Notes under the pieces: generated by a model
The model's database searches: none
What the model was told of the DNA's origin: nothing
What the model saw: the letters and a program-made list of their open reading frames with translations, nothing else
Part shown: positions 1 through 25,669 of the stretch, in pieces
How the letters are laid out: each line of letters starts with the position of its first letter
Numbering within the stretch: the first letter of the stretch is position 1
Program-made: the position numbers and the translations under genes
Source: Paraspadella gotoi
Lineage: Eukaryota; Animalia; Chaetognatha
Length of the DNA stretch: 64,000 nucleotides
Direction: 5' to 3'
NCBI GenBank assembly: GCA_051294375.1
Contig: CM119269.1
Coordinates: 16,575,818 to 16,639,817, forward strand

Positions 1-460
1 TCCATCTTTTTTTTTTTTGTTGAAATTTTTTTGTTTAACTGTCTTATATCTTTTTGTTGCTCTTCTGTTTTTCACCTTTTTGTCTATCGGCTTGTTATCT
101 TTTGTTATCGCTTAGCTTAGGTTTTCTGCTCTCTATTTTTCTTTCGTTTTCCTTTTTGTATACTTTTTTCATGCCATTGTTGATGCTGGGGCATCAATTT
201 TGTATGTACAACGAATCCTTTCTTGATAAAATTGTTTCATGAGTTTTGTTTACACCATTTATCATTAAATGTTTTAGCATGCGAGGAATTTGACTCGGAT
301 CCAGACGGTGGCGGAACCGAAACTGAAAGGATGGAAAAAACCAGGCCTTTGACGTCGATGCTTTTCTAGTTCAAGCCCCGAAAGCCTCTCTCTCATCTCT
401 TGTCCTTCTGTCGCGTCTCTCTCTCTCTCTCTCTCTCATCTCTTCTCTCATCTCTGCTCT

Positions 461-515
<55 letters not shown>

Positions 516-1026
516 CCGAGACGCAATAAAGACGAAGGTTCAAGGCTCGGGGAGGGATTTTTAAAAAGAGGTGGTCGGGTGGAATGAACCGAGAACGAGG
601 GAAGTAGGTTCGCCAAAGTAAGGAATGGCTTCGCTTGTTTGCTTCTAGTCGTCGTCCGTTGTTGTTGTTTGGCCGCAATTGATAAACATAACAATAAAAA
701 TGGAAATAAATAAAATCTATATATAAATATAATTTTTCAAATGGGTTTTTGAAGGAAAAGCAATATCTATAGATTACAAAATATATATTCTCCTCTCTTA
801 AGCAATATCCCTGTCGGTTCGCGCCGCTAAAATGTGCCCCCAGCGAGAACGGAGAAGAGCTGAGGCGACACGAAGCGAAAAAAAAGAGAAAAAACGCAAG
901 AGAAAACAAAATGGAAACGAATGATGGTTTTTTGCTGCCGCAATTCAGAAAATGGAAGCGAAAGGTAAAAACTCGAAAGTCTTTCTTGCCGGAAAAGAAT
1001 AAATGAAGTTTGGGAAGAGAGAGAAG

Positions 1027-1065
<39 letters not shown>

Positions 1066-2224
1066 AGAGAGGAGAGAGAGAGAGGAGAAGAGAGCAAAAG
1101 AGAGGAAGAAAAGAGTAAAATTGTTTTACATGATAGTTAACGCGTGAAGGGGCGAACGAGTGCATTAACGATGCGGTGAAAAGCGAAGGAAGATAAAGAA
1201 AAGAGGAGAAGAAGAGAGAGAGAGAAAGAGAGAGAAGAGAGAGAGAGAGAGAGAAGAGAGAAAGAGAAGAGAGAAGAGAAGAGAGAAGAGAGAGAGAGAA
1301 AGAGAAGAGAGAGAGAGAGAAAGAGAGGAGAGAGAGAGAGAGAGAGGAGAGCGGCAAAACAGAAAAAGAAGTGGAAGCAAAAGTTCGCGTGAAATTTGGT
1401 TCAACCTGCTCGGCATAGGCTGAGGCGTCTGGTGGGAAATGGCGGCAACAATGCGAGCGAACGCCAGTGATTAGTGGCGAGGAAGGCGCAAAAAGGTTTA
1501 AGGGGGTGGGGGGAGATAATTTGGTCAAGGTGGAAACAACGATCCGGTCGAAGAATGACACGATAATTTGGGTTCAAAGGAGGTCATCAAAATTTAGGTC
1601 AACTTTGCCCCAAGGAGGTACACGGTGAAGAGGAAATTTCCGCGAGAAATTTTTCTCATTTATTCCCGGAATCAAGATTCGAGAGTCTTCAGCGGTAGAA
1701 GTCATGAGTTATTCAGAAGTTGAATTAATGTAGTGATTAAAGATTGCAAAAACCAGACGGGCGCCACAAAGGTTTCCGACAAAGTCATTATTTTAAAAAT
1801 TATAATAAGGATTAAAAAAGCCAAGCTGTTTTCTTACTAGTATTTTCCATTTTCGGTTATTTTTTTAGGGTCCGATTATTTTTTTCGCTTTTTTTTCTCC
1901 AGAGGTGAAGTTATGAAAACTAATTAGACGTCGTTGATCGTTGATATTCCCTGTTCTCGCGACGATGAGATTAAGTATCATTAGCGATAACTTATTGAAA
2001 AATAGGTTCTTTGCTCGTTCAGTCCTAAAAATTTGGCAGTTTAAACTTGGTTTTATGTACATAGCTTTCCTTTTCCCTGCTTAGTACCTCTAATCGTCAT
2101 TAAATTTAGACGGAAGAATTCCTATCTTCGAGTTTTCGCGTCGGTCGGTCGGTCTCTCTGTCTGGAAATGCGATTCACATAACCCCCAAAATTCATATTG
2201 AAGTAATTTTTAGTTAGGTTAAAA

Positions 2225-2277
2225 AATAAATAATAATTAATTAATTATTTATAAAATAAATATATAAATAAATAAAT

Positions 2278-2314
<37 letters not shown>

Positions 2315-2560
2315 TCATCAATGCAATCAAAATTCAAAATCCAATCCAAATCAAGCAATCAAATCAATCAATCCCAAATCCAAATCAAAAATTCAAATTT
2401 TCAAAATTTAAATAAATAAATAAATAAATAGATAATATAAATTTAAATAAATAAATAATAAATAAATAAATAATAAATAAATAAATCAATCAATCAAATG
2501 CAATCATCAATCAATCAATCAATGCAATAACAATCATCAATCAATCAATAAATTCAATCA
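2225..2560. repeat. (TAAA)n/(TCAA)n compound microsatellite
   Basis: Read directly. Confidence 0.9.
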
Positions 2561-2740
2561 TAAAAAAACAGTTATAAATAAGTTTCTTAGTCAAATTATA
2601 AGGTCCAGCGATAACGCAGATCATTGAAGGACTTATTCCTTTTATCGGTTGTTCCTCATCACAAGAACTAACCATTCAGACTGATGCCCCGCTTTCAGAT
2701 ACGGATTTTTAATAAAAAATTAAAGGTAAAAAAGAAAGGT

Positions 2741-2771
<31 letters not shown>

Positions 2772-3958
2772 GAAAGGAAGGCTGGCCAAGCGGTCCATGC
2801 CCTCTTTTTGACTCAGAGGCCGAAAGTCAAAGGAAAAAAAGGAAGATGAAAGTTTTTTAACAATTTTTTTTATGGAAAAGAAATTGGAAAAGGAGAAAAA
2901 AGAAAGAGTCGGAGCCAACAAAAATAAGAAAAAAAGAAAAAAAGAAAAAAAGGAAAAAGAATCGGAGAGAAAATCCCGCGTCGAAGGGAATTCCCGTCGT
3001 TCGTCCTTTGGAGAGGGGGGGGCGGGCGAGTAGGAAGGGTAGGTAGGGGCTGGATGTCAGGGTGGGTATCTTAAATCGGAAGAAGTAGTTTGAAGTTCGC
3101 TAAAGAAAGTGGAGGATAGCGGTATGTAGCGAGTTCGAGTTAACAGTGGTTGAAAGTGAGGCAAATGATGAGTGAGCTGGGCCGGTAAGGCTCCGTCTCG
3201 CCTGGCGGGGAAAAGAAGTTTTGAAGTTAGGATTGAGAATTTTAAAATGTTGAATCGTAGAGATAAGAATTGTGAATTGTGAGATGTGAATTGTGGAGAT
3301 GTGAATTGTGAGATCTGTGATTTAGACTGAACTAATCATAGGATCGTGATCGTTTTTTTCTTCGTACGTATATTAAATCGTGAGTAAACATCGAATAGAG
3401 TCATATTTAAACAGCGAATATCTCAGTTGAACCAAAATGACTCTTTGTCTTTACGTCTCCCTCTCTCTCTCCATCCCGTTTTCAATGACAATAACTTAGT
3501 GCAAATTTCTACGTAAAATACATTTGAGAGAGACAGTAAAAGAGAAAGAAGAGACAGTTTAGACAGAGAGCAGAGAGAAGTTTGAGAGAGAGAGACGAGA
3601 AGAAGACGAAGAATCCACTATAAAATTGTAATAAATTCAAGAGCCGATGGCTGGCACCTCGACAAATTTGGAGGCAAGGGAGTTGTAGAACTCCGTAGCT
3701 CGAGTGGGCGGCGCGACGTGCGGAGCGGGAAGTGGAAGGGGGGTGTTGAAAGAAGGAAGTTGGGGGGAGGTGGAATGGACTGAGAGAGAGCTAGAGAATG
3801 TGGAAAAGCGGGATGGGCCGATCGTAGTGAGAAACTTCATGAAGGATAGCGACAAGAATGGACGCGCGGAAAAAAAAATGATATTCAGAGCGGACGAAAC
3901 GGTGAGCGCTCGTAATTCAAAACAGGGGAGTGCGTGGGACAGCGAGAGAGGAGAGAGA

Positions 3959-3990
<32 letters not shown>

Positions 3991-6509
3991 GCAAAATAAT
4001 CCTGATTGAAAATCTAGAAAATTCTGGCGGCGAGACAAACGCACGAAAGAAAATTGGGCTATTTTATCGAACCTTCGTTCACGCTGATAAATTAGTTTGG
4101 AATTACTTTTAATCATAGTTTTAGATTTGTCCCGTAGAAATTTTAACTTTATCCCTCACTTAACCTCTCTTCCGCACAAACTCAAAATGTTTGGCGACTT
4201 TTTTAACACTTAAAGAACTCCATTGGTTCCTCCGCGACGACTTTTTGTCGTTTCCCGTCTTTGTGCTTTTTGGACAAGAGGTCTTTTAGTTAGTCTTTTG
4301 ACTGATACTTTTCGGATTCTTTTCCGTTGGTTGCTTTTAACGCCTCCACGTCTGATTTGGCTTTGTTCGTATCATTACCTTCACGTTTTTAAAGCGTTTT
4401 TTTTAATAATTATTACGATATGTATATCATAAAAAAGTTTATTCACTAAAATATTTTTTTAACTAAAAGGTCAAATTTAATCATTGATATAAATTTGCCA
4501 ACCGTTTTCGTCACTTAAGCTTCGGTCTCTCATTTGCGCATTGGTTCGTCAGGGTTCAGGTCGTTTTCGCTGCTTTGATGTCTTTGGCCCTCATTTCCCT
4601 TCAGCGATCCACGTATTTGATGAGTTGGCGACGACGCCGCTTCCGTCCGGCTCGCGATTTTTGGGCCAAGTCTTGCCTTAATTGCTGGGCTTCGATTTCA
4701 GTCCGCCAGTTTTATGGTCAATCCGCTCGGGAGCGATCTCATCAGCGCATGCGCAATAGGTTGGAAGCACTCAAAGAACAAAAATTTAATTTGAATGATC
4801 GGAACAAATGATATTTAAGTATGTGAGACAGTAAAATGATTAACTAGTAACAAAAAATATTTTTGATCATTATTATCTCGGGAACAGAATAGTAAAATAT
4901 AATATATTTGTAGTAATATCCATATAAAATAGTAAATTTTAAAAATAATTTTTTTATTAAAACTTTTATTAAAGATTCAGAATATCTTCATGAAAAATTG
5001 AAATCAAACAAATATAAAATATGTTATCAAAATTCTGTCATCTTAATGTTTAAAATAAGAAAAAGGTAAAATTCTGACTTTTTTATTCTCTGTAGTAGAA
5101 ACTTATAATATGTTACAACGTTTTGTCATTTTTTGTGAACTAACATTAAATATCATATAACATATTTTATAAAAGTTTCTTAGTTTTTTAAAGCGAATCC
5201 AAATCAGTTCTTTAAAAATACAAAAAATTATTTTCGAAATTTGAACGATTTATAAGGATAATACTACATAAATAATTGAATTTGCTATACTGTTATGCTA
5301 AATAAATTTTTTAAAAAGGATTTAAAATTCAATAATTATATGTCCATAGGCCAGCAAAAAAATAATGTCAATCACTCAATCTTTTCATCACTGCCACCCT
5401 AATGCGCAATGCGCCTTAATCGATTGTTCGAGAATCAATTCCAGACGAAAGATGTAAAACGGTTTCGTGTTGCGAATGTTGTTAACGAGAAAGTGGTATG
5501 CTCTTGATTTTTAAATCTGCAGTGGCGTCAAACCAATTTTCCGTGATTTAGGGCGTATAAAAATCAAGGAGAAAAATAATGAGACACGTGGATTGCTGAT
5601 GAACTATGGAACTACCGGAACCATTTTAAATTTAATGAAAAGTGGAAAATAGGCACAAAAAAGACTTGAAAAAATTTTTACAAATTTTTCTTTATGTTAA
5701 ACAAAGTCGGCAGTTTACTGCGAGTTTTTCTAAGACCTTGTTAAGCCATCAGCACGTTAAAGCAAAAATGGTATGGGCGTTAAAACCTCATAGTTTTAAT
5801 GCCAAACTTTTTTTTGTTCCTGTCAGAAAGTAAAAAAGAAGGGAAAACCTTTGTCTGTTTTTATATCAATCAGGCTTTAACCAGGCGCCATATTTAAAAC
5901 TAGCTCAAAATTTTTTTTTTTTTTTTAAAACTAGTTTTTAAAAGCAGCCAAAAACTTTTTTAGCATAAACTTTTTTTTTTCTCTACATTTTCCTCGCCGA
6001 TCCCATCTTTCTCGGTCTCAAGGGTGGGAATCTGGGCGGTTTGGACCGTGGCCGATATATTCAAACGCTGGGCAAGATGTCTCTCATGAAATTGTAAATA
6101 TTTAAAATATAAAGAGATGGCTTTTGAATTATGAATGAATAGCTCCACCCGCCTTCATCGCTGCTTTGGAGATATTTTATCCCCATCGCTTGTTGTTGCC
6201 AAGCATGTCGCTTTGACCTCCGAAAATTCGAATTCAGGGACCCGCGGTGCTGCAATGAATAATATCACGATATGCAGAATTCCAATATTATTTGCGCTTT
6301 TTTTATTCGTCGCCAGAAATTTTAAAAATAGAGATTGCGACTATTCTAATTGACGTTAAAGCTGTTGCAGGAGCTCTGGACGGTCAATGGTTAAATGATT
6401 CGATAAAGTTAAGTATGTACTCTGATAATAAATTAAACTTAATGTTTCCAAAGAGAAAAGAGAAAGACATAAGAATAGTGAGAATAATGGACAAAAAATA
6501 AAGGGAGAG

Positions 6510-6610
<101 letters not shown>

Positions 6611-8088
6611 AGAAAAGTCGGAAATTTTCTTTCTCTTATTAAGATCCAAGAGAAGGCACAAGCAAATGCTTGCCGAGCGTAAACGGCTCCGGTCACGGAT
6701 CGCCATGGTCGATAACCGAACATTTCCGGTTCTGGGCGTTGCGATGTGGGCGGCGAGTGGGCGGGATGTGGTGGCGTTGGTGTGTGGCGAAATAGGGTGT
6801 GATGTGGGTGGCGTGTGAGGCGGCGAATGGTTGGCATGTGAATAAACAGGCTTGGTTTCGAGCAATGAGGATGGTTAGCAAGCTGGGAGGTTACGAAAGG
6901 GTGTTTTACTTCGAAATGATACAAAAAATCAAGCACGCCGAACATGTATGTACGTTGTTCTTGAATATCGTAAGTTGAAAACTTGGATTAGTTGCATTTA
7001 ACTTATTTTTACCTCCTTTGAATTTTCCGGCGTCACGAACAGTTATCATTTAAATTTTAACAGTAAACAGTTTAAAATAGTAAATTGTTTAAAAAATTCT
7101 TAATTAAGTTATTGCTCTTTTCTTTTGTTTTTATTTTCGGCAAAAGGGAAAGGTAAGTTTCAATTAAATTTAGAAATAGATTTATGCATTGTGCAAACTG
7201 ATTTTGGGTAAACTTAAAAGACAAGTTTCCAAATACCATTATTTAGTTTTCTGGCTGGGAATATAAATATGTATTTTCTAAATATATTATTCTTTATATA
7301 AATACAATGTTCATATAATTAGGAAGGTCTTAAGATATGGCCACACGAGCTCGATAACTGTTAACTATTATTGTATAAGCCTACCATCAAATCTGTTTTT
7401 TTTTTCTCTTTAAAAAGGGAAGGGTATGTATCTATTTTATTGCTCAACTGTTTAAGTCTTAGTTTGATTTTGAATTTAGAATTCGTAATTTTTTTGGTAC
7501 ACATTGCACTGTGGCAACGTAGTTTCAAAACAGGTAAAAAGTTAGAATAAACCGAAATGTTTTAATTTATTTGCAATCATAAAGGTCAAACTATATAGAT
7601 CAAAAGAATAAAAACTGCGAAAAAACATTTTTTATCAGGGATATAATATTATATAAAAGCATATTACTTAGTTTATATTTCTCGTTTTTTCAACCCAGTA
7701 TTTTTCTTCATCACACCCCGCAGGCCCACTCTCGTCACGAGCTGTTGCACATTCGTGCGTCGTCTTCGATCTTCCATCAACGTAGACTTCCTATTTTCTC
7801 GGCATAGAGCGGCCACCATCCGGATCCACCGCCTACCCAGCGTTCTCACACTCTTGTTCGGACGACCCAGTTCCGTCATCGCCGGAAACCGTCGCCGGAA
7901 GAGCTGGGCGGGAGATTATCGCGGGCGGAGATCTCGCGCGGCCGCGTTTCCTTAGGATAACACTATGATTTTTTTCTCCTCTTCTTTTTCTGCCTAAACA
8001 GTTTCATTCGGAAATTAAAGGCAGCGAAGGAAGAGAAAGGCGTTAACCGTGAGCAGGAGCCAATAACAATAAGTACAAAAGAGCGGGG

Positions 8089-8168
<80 letters not shown>

Positions 8169-10929
8169 ACTCCTCACATCAAGACGAACGGCTCGGCCTT
8201 GACAGCAATAACCGCGAAATATCGACGAAAAAAAAGGGTTTTTTTTCGGCTCAATTAACCGACGTTGGCGGCCAACGGTTGTTTGTTGTCTTCCGTTGCA
8301 ATTACATTCTTTGAAAAGTTATAGTGGTCGTTTGAAGAAACAGAAATGGAAAATTGTTACTCAAAACAGATGGCGGTAGATTTCACCATATACTGAAACG
8401 CATCATTGGGAATTATACGACATTGTGACTTTTATATGACGCCGCCACATCGCTTAAGCTGTCTTTCCTAGCGACCACACGAGTGTGGCGCATCTATGTA
8501 TGCAACGAGCAGATATATATGTATAACAAAAGAATAAATGAAAAAAAGTTTTTACCTTAAAAAAGCAACTCCTATTTTCGCAACAGAAAATAAAAATGAA
8601 AATCTCCGCCATTCATTCTTTTTTTCAGTATCAGGTGTGAGAGAGAATTCAGACACCTGAAATCCTTCCGTTTTTCAACGCATTCCATGGGTGAAATCAG
8701 TTCGCATCTAAAAATAAATAAAAACTGTGAGTCGGCTATTTTTAGGTTCGAGTTTTTAAAGAATGTACTCACCGAGAATCGTGAAATCATTGCCCTTTTT
8801 ATAACTTCTTAAAAAGAACGAAAGATTTTTCTTTTTCTTGTATTAAGAAAAGAAAGGAAGGGTAACGGAACTCCTTTCATCTCTCTCTCTCTCTCTCTGT
8901 CACTCTTTCGACGCCGAGACCCGCCGAGTCCACGTGACGAATGTGAGCGCTGAAGACTGAATCGGCGCTGATTAGTCTTGGCACCGGCGCGGGCCTGGCG
9001 CCGCCAAAACCGGAAATGACCGAAGGAGAACAATTTTGTCGGGAGAGAGATGAGAGAGAGAGAGAGAGAGAGTGAAGAGAGAAGAGAGAGAGAGATGAGA
9101 CTGATAGAGAGAGACGAGATTCGTAGAAAGAGATGACGAGAGGAAGATAAATAACCAAAAACGCTAAATTGTCTTGGCATAGTTTCCTTACTCAAGTTTT
9201 AATTGTTAGAATGATTTTTCAGATTGACAGATTGTTCATTTTTGAAAGTCTTTCATTATGATAAACGGGTGATCAAATATATATTTAAAATTGTTAATTT
9301 AGAAAAGGTAAACCCGGACATAAAAACGGGCAGACAGACCGGCCCACTAGGGAGTAACTCATCAAGTCTCGCCAGCAGTCGAGGCTAAAAAAAAACATGA
9401 GAAAAAGTAGAATAAGAAAGAAAAAAGATAAAGAATAGAAGAGAAGAAAAAAAGAAAAGAAGAGAAAAAAAGAGAAGAGAAGTAAAGAAGAGAAAAAAAA
9501 GAGAAGTGGAGAGAAAAAGAAAAGAAGAGAAAAAGAAAAGAAAAGAAGAGAAGAGAAGAGAAAAAGCAAAGAAGAGAAAAAGAAAAGAAAAAGAAAAGAA
9601 AAGAAGAGTCTTCTACTCGGGGTGAGGGTTAGCGAAGGACAGGCGAAAAAAATGCGGTTTGGATAGACATCAATGTCATTTGCATAATGGAAGACGAAGC
9701 TAAGAAGTCTGCCGACGGAAGAGGCTGAGCGCCTGGGACGGACCTTTTTTCTCGATTCGACGTCCGGAGACGAGGGGGGGGTGATTTAGATAAATTTACC
9801 AAATCTTAAATAAACGTTGGCGAGATTTAATTCTACTAAAATCTAGTAACGAAAAATATTTAACAAAAATAAATTTAAGTTAAACAAATAATTTGCCACA
9901 ACAGATTATTTTTTGACCAAATTGACGGCATTGAAAGATTTTTTCAATGGCTGCTTTGCAAATGGTTGAGCGACTTCTTACCACATCGCATTTAATCTTG
10001 TTCTAGATTGCCCTTTTTTTGAGTAGGGGATCATTAATTTTTTTTTCATAATCCACCTATTTTATCTGAGAACCGTAACTTACCTTTCGATCGCCATTGG
10101 CTTCGCCTTCGGTCCTCGTATCGACCGTTCTTCAATAACGATAATGAACATTCGAACCATAAAAAGGAACTCGTTTCGCATGATTGACTGAAAGGAGAGA
10201 GAGAGAGAGCAGAGAGAGAGAGAAGAGAGAAGAGAGACGACAGGAGAGAGAGAGAGAGAGAGAGAGAGAGACGAGAGAGTAGAGATGTAGAGAGAGAGGG
10301 AGAGAGAGAGGAGAGAGAGAGAGAGACTCATCAAGTCTATGGATTGTCATGCTCGTTCTCTGTTCCGGTTGAGAAAGCACTTTCCTTCCTTCTTCGCTTT
10401 TTCGGAATTTCCTCCAAAATGGAGAAATAAGAAAAAAAAAATTTTTTTGCGGTTTTCAAGTGTCGGGATATTTAAGACGAGTGTAACAGTCCACGACGAG
10501 GAAAGGCCTGGCCGACAAGGCGTTGCATCTCGAGCCCGTTCGGACATTAGTTGCCATCGTTCACTACATATTATGTACAATGTACATTGTACAATGTAAA
10601 TAGTCTTAACTACAGAGTCTGTAGTCGATAACTTCATCGCAGGAATGTTTACAATCATTGCTACAGATGAAACTAAAATTCGTTCGTCTCGCTCGTTGGA
10701 CTGATCAGTGATCAGTGATCACAGTTCCAATCTGGCGAATAATCGGAAACCCTTTTCAGTTCTTTCTGTGAAGCGGAAACTTATTTTCACGGGAAATCGT
10801 CCATCTGAAAAATTTTTAAAAATTTGGGGTTCATGAGTATTTTATTTCATATCAAACATTTGATTAAATCAAACAAAAAAGTAACGCAAAAACAATAATG
10901 GAAGTATTTCAAAGTTATTATACAAATAA

Positions 10930-11240
10930 ATTAGTACATTATTTTCCGTTAACAAAAATTTCTTCATAAATCGTTCATGACTGCTTTGAAAAATCCTGTA
11001 AATGTCAGGGTAAACAAAACAATCTCTCAATTCTCGGACACTTTTCCATCTGTTTCCAGCCAAATATTTTACAAATTCCATTGTTGATGGCTATCTTTAA
11101 TTGATACATATCTTTGTACCAAAATTGTTTTACTTCGCAACCATATCTTAATATTGACTCACATTTAGTGTAAAATAATTCCACGAGAACTGGCTCATCA
11201 GGTAAAGCGCTAAAATTACAATTTGAGGACTTGTAAAAAG
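10930..11240 (-). pseudogene. Degenerate non-LTR retrotransposon (LINE) ORF2 C-terminal fragment
   Basis: Joining two frames gives VLVELFYTKCESILRYGCEV...QLKIAINNGICKIFGW/NRWKSVRELRDCFVYPDIYRIF. This resembles the post-RT thumb region (L..Y....L.YG.E.W....N..IRKIFG....S) of CR1/L2-group LINEs. Confidence 0.6.
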
Positions 11241-12306
11241 ACATTAATTCTGGCGTTGCATCAAATTCAAGGTTTATGACGAGTCGTTTATTCCGTGACA
11301 GATTTCTGAGCGCACCGCTTCGATCCCGTGACAGATTTTCCTGCGATCATCCTGTGACAGATTTTTTTTTTCTTTGATGTATTTCGTCGAGTTTCCGTGG
11401 TATATGTCGTTGAAATATTGATATATCATACATACTATCGTTGTATTAAATGCCATGTACTCTTTTGGAGTATATAAATGCTTTTTTCGGTGCCAGAAAC
11501 TACATTGCATCAGTCTTAACGTTGTAAAATAATTATAATTAAATAGAATATGTTAATGATAGATGAAAATCTTTCATACAAACAAAAAAAATTGTATCGA
11601 TCGAGAATAACAAAAAAGCTTATTTTATTTTAAAAAAACTTTTTTAGTCTCGAAAAATCGAAATATTTTCCTTTTTTCTATTTTCATATTTTTTCTCCTT
11701 TTTTTTCAATTTTTTGTTCTGCGCCGATTCCTTTTGTCTCTAGTCGATATTGACAGAATTTAATTTAGACTTTTTTTTATTCCGCTATGAGAAGAAAGAG
11801 GGCAGCACGCGACGCCATCTCTCTCGCGATGATAATTTTCGTGATGATATCTTCTGGAAGAGCAATTTTGCCATCATTGAGCTCGCGATGCCATGCACAA
11901 CAAAGATATGTTGAATCAAAACGTTAGAGACAGGGATGCAATGTAACTAGAGAGCCTAGTCTAGGAGAAAACAAATTTCTAAACCGAGATTTTTTCTTAA
12001 CTGTATTTAAAGTTAATTTAAAATATTTAAAGTTAATTTGCCAAAAGTAGTAGGTTTTCTGAAAATTGAAGACAAATTTCTCCTTCAAAATTATTTCTCT
12101 ACGAAATTGAATGTTGGATTCGCCAAGAATAATTTAAAGTGAAAATTAAATAGATATTCGATTTTTCAATTTTTGTGGGAGAAAAAAAATAAAAAAATCA
12201 AAGGAAAGCTGCAAAAGCCAACGGCTGCCAATTGAAGCTGCAACTGCAATATGATCTCAGACAGACTGTTGAATCTTCTGCCAACAAAACAACTTTGATT
12301 GACGTG

Positions 12307-12343
<37 letters not shown>

Positions 12344-12586
12344 TTCTCTCCTTCTCACTCACTCAGTCCTAGGACCATATTTCTCTGTCTCTCAGCCTTT
12401 CTGCTTCGTTAACGTTAAGAATGACTTTTTTCTCTATTTTTCTCTTCGACTCACTCATCCATTCGTTTTCCCTCATAAAGCCGAAGCTGAAAGGAAAGAC
12501 GATAAGTATGAGCTTCAACCTCGAATTCAGCTCCTCGATTTTCTCAAAATGAACGCGGAGAGAGAGAGAGAGGAGAGAGGAGAGAG

Positions 12587-12690
<104 letters not shown>

Positions 12691-13246
12691 CGAAGAGATT
12701 AGGAGAGAGAGAGAGATAGAGAAAGAGAGAGACACTCACACACACACGAGCGCGCGCATCGTCTGAGAGAAGTAGCATTCGCGCCCCAGGTGAAATGACT
12801 CTCACAGCCTGGTCGAATGGCATTTACCACTCATGGCAAATGGCAAAACGGTAAATCTTCCAAAGCAATTAGCGCGGGGTTTCCTAGGAGATAAGAGCGT
12901 GTCGCCGCCATTGTTGGGTTCTGAGTCTCGAGAATCCGAATAATCGGAATTTGATATTTTTATTTTATTTTTTATCGACCATTTTTATTTTTACTTTTAA
13001 TTTTCTTCCTTCGATCCTACACCATTTTATTCTCGTTTTGTCAATTTTCCTTTTTTCATTTTCCCATATGATTAAATTGATTATCCCTTCTTAATTTCAA
13101 CTTTTCATTTTCCTTTTCTATTTTTCATTTTTCTGTTTTCATGTTAATTTTTCATTTTTCCTTTTTTTTTCGTCCATTTGTTTACTTTCATTTTCGTTCT
13201 TTTTTCTTTTTTTTTTCAGTTTTCTTTACCCATTTAGATTTTAATT

Positions 13247-13316
<70 letters not shown>

Positions 13317-13822
13317 TCAAAATTTCATGGAGGGAAAAGGGGAAGAAACCCAATCATTCATGACTTTCTGGATTTTTTGACGGAATTTGAAGTTGAATCG
13401 ACTCTCGTTTAAAAACTCGAAACCGAAAAATTACGAAAAAAAAAGAAAAGTCACAAAATGTTCGACTTTGACATCGGAACAGAAATGAGAGTTTCTCGTA
13501 TCGCCGTGGATCGGATTGCTTGGAAGATTAGATGAGAGATGCTTGGTACACAAGAATAAAGATGCTTGGGCTCGAAGGACCCCTTCGTTCATTGGGCTCT
13601 CTTTTCTAAGTAAGAGTCTTGTTATTTTATACCAGAATTTAATTTTTATTTTAATATTTAACCAATACATATTCCTAAACCTATAACCAAGTTCTGAACC
13701 TTAATCGCTAACCTAATCCCTAAACTAATCTAACTAACTAACTAACTAACTAACTAACTTAATTCTCCGAGTTTAAGATAAAATGGGGCCATGTAGGAAA
13801 ATAAGGCCGATCTTTGGTTCTA

Positions 13823-25410
<11,588 letters not shown>

Positions 25411-25638
25411 CTCTGAATGAGAGCATTTAAAGGAAAGTAAGGAAATGGAAGGGATGAATTTAAAGGGCGGGAGTGAATGGCCGAAATGGTTTTGAGTAAA
25501 GAATAGTGGGTCAAAAGAAAAAAATGGAAGAGAAAAGAAAGAAAGAAAGAAGAAAGAAAAGAAAAGAAAGAAAGAAAGAAAGAAAGAAAGAAAAAAGAAA
25601 GAAGAATAAATAAAATAAAATAAATAAAATGAATAAAA

Positions 25639-25669
<31 letters not shown>

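Noticed and set aside
4560-4742. Short minus-strand coding-like stretch (MRSLPSG...RKRRRRQLIKYVDR*REMRAKD)
   Set aside because: Under 60 codons, internal stop, no recognisable family or splice partners.
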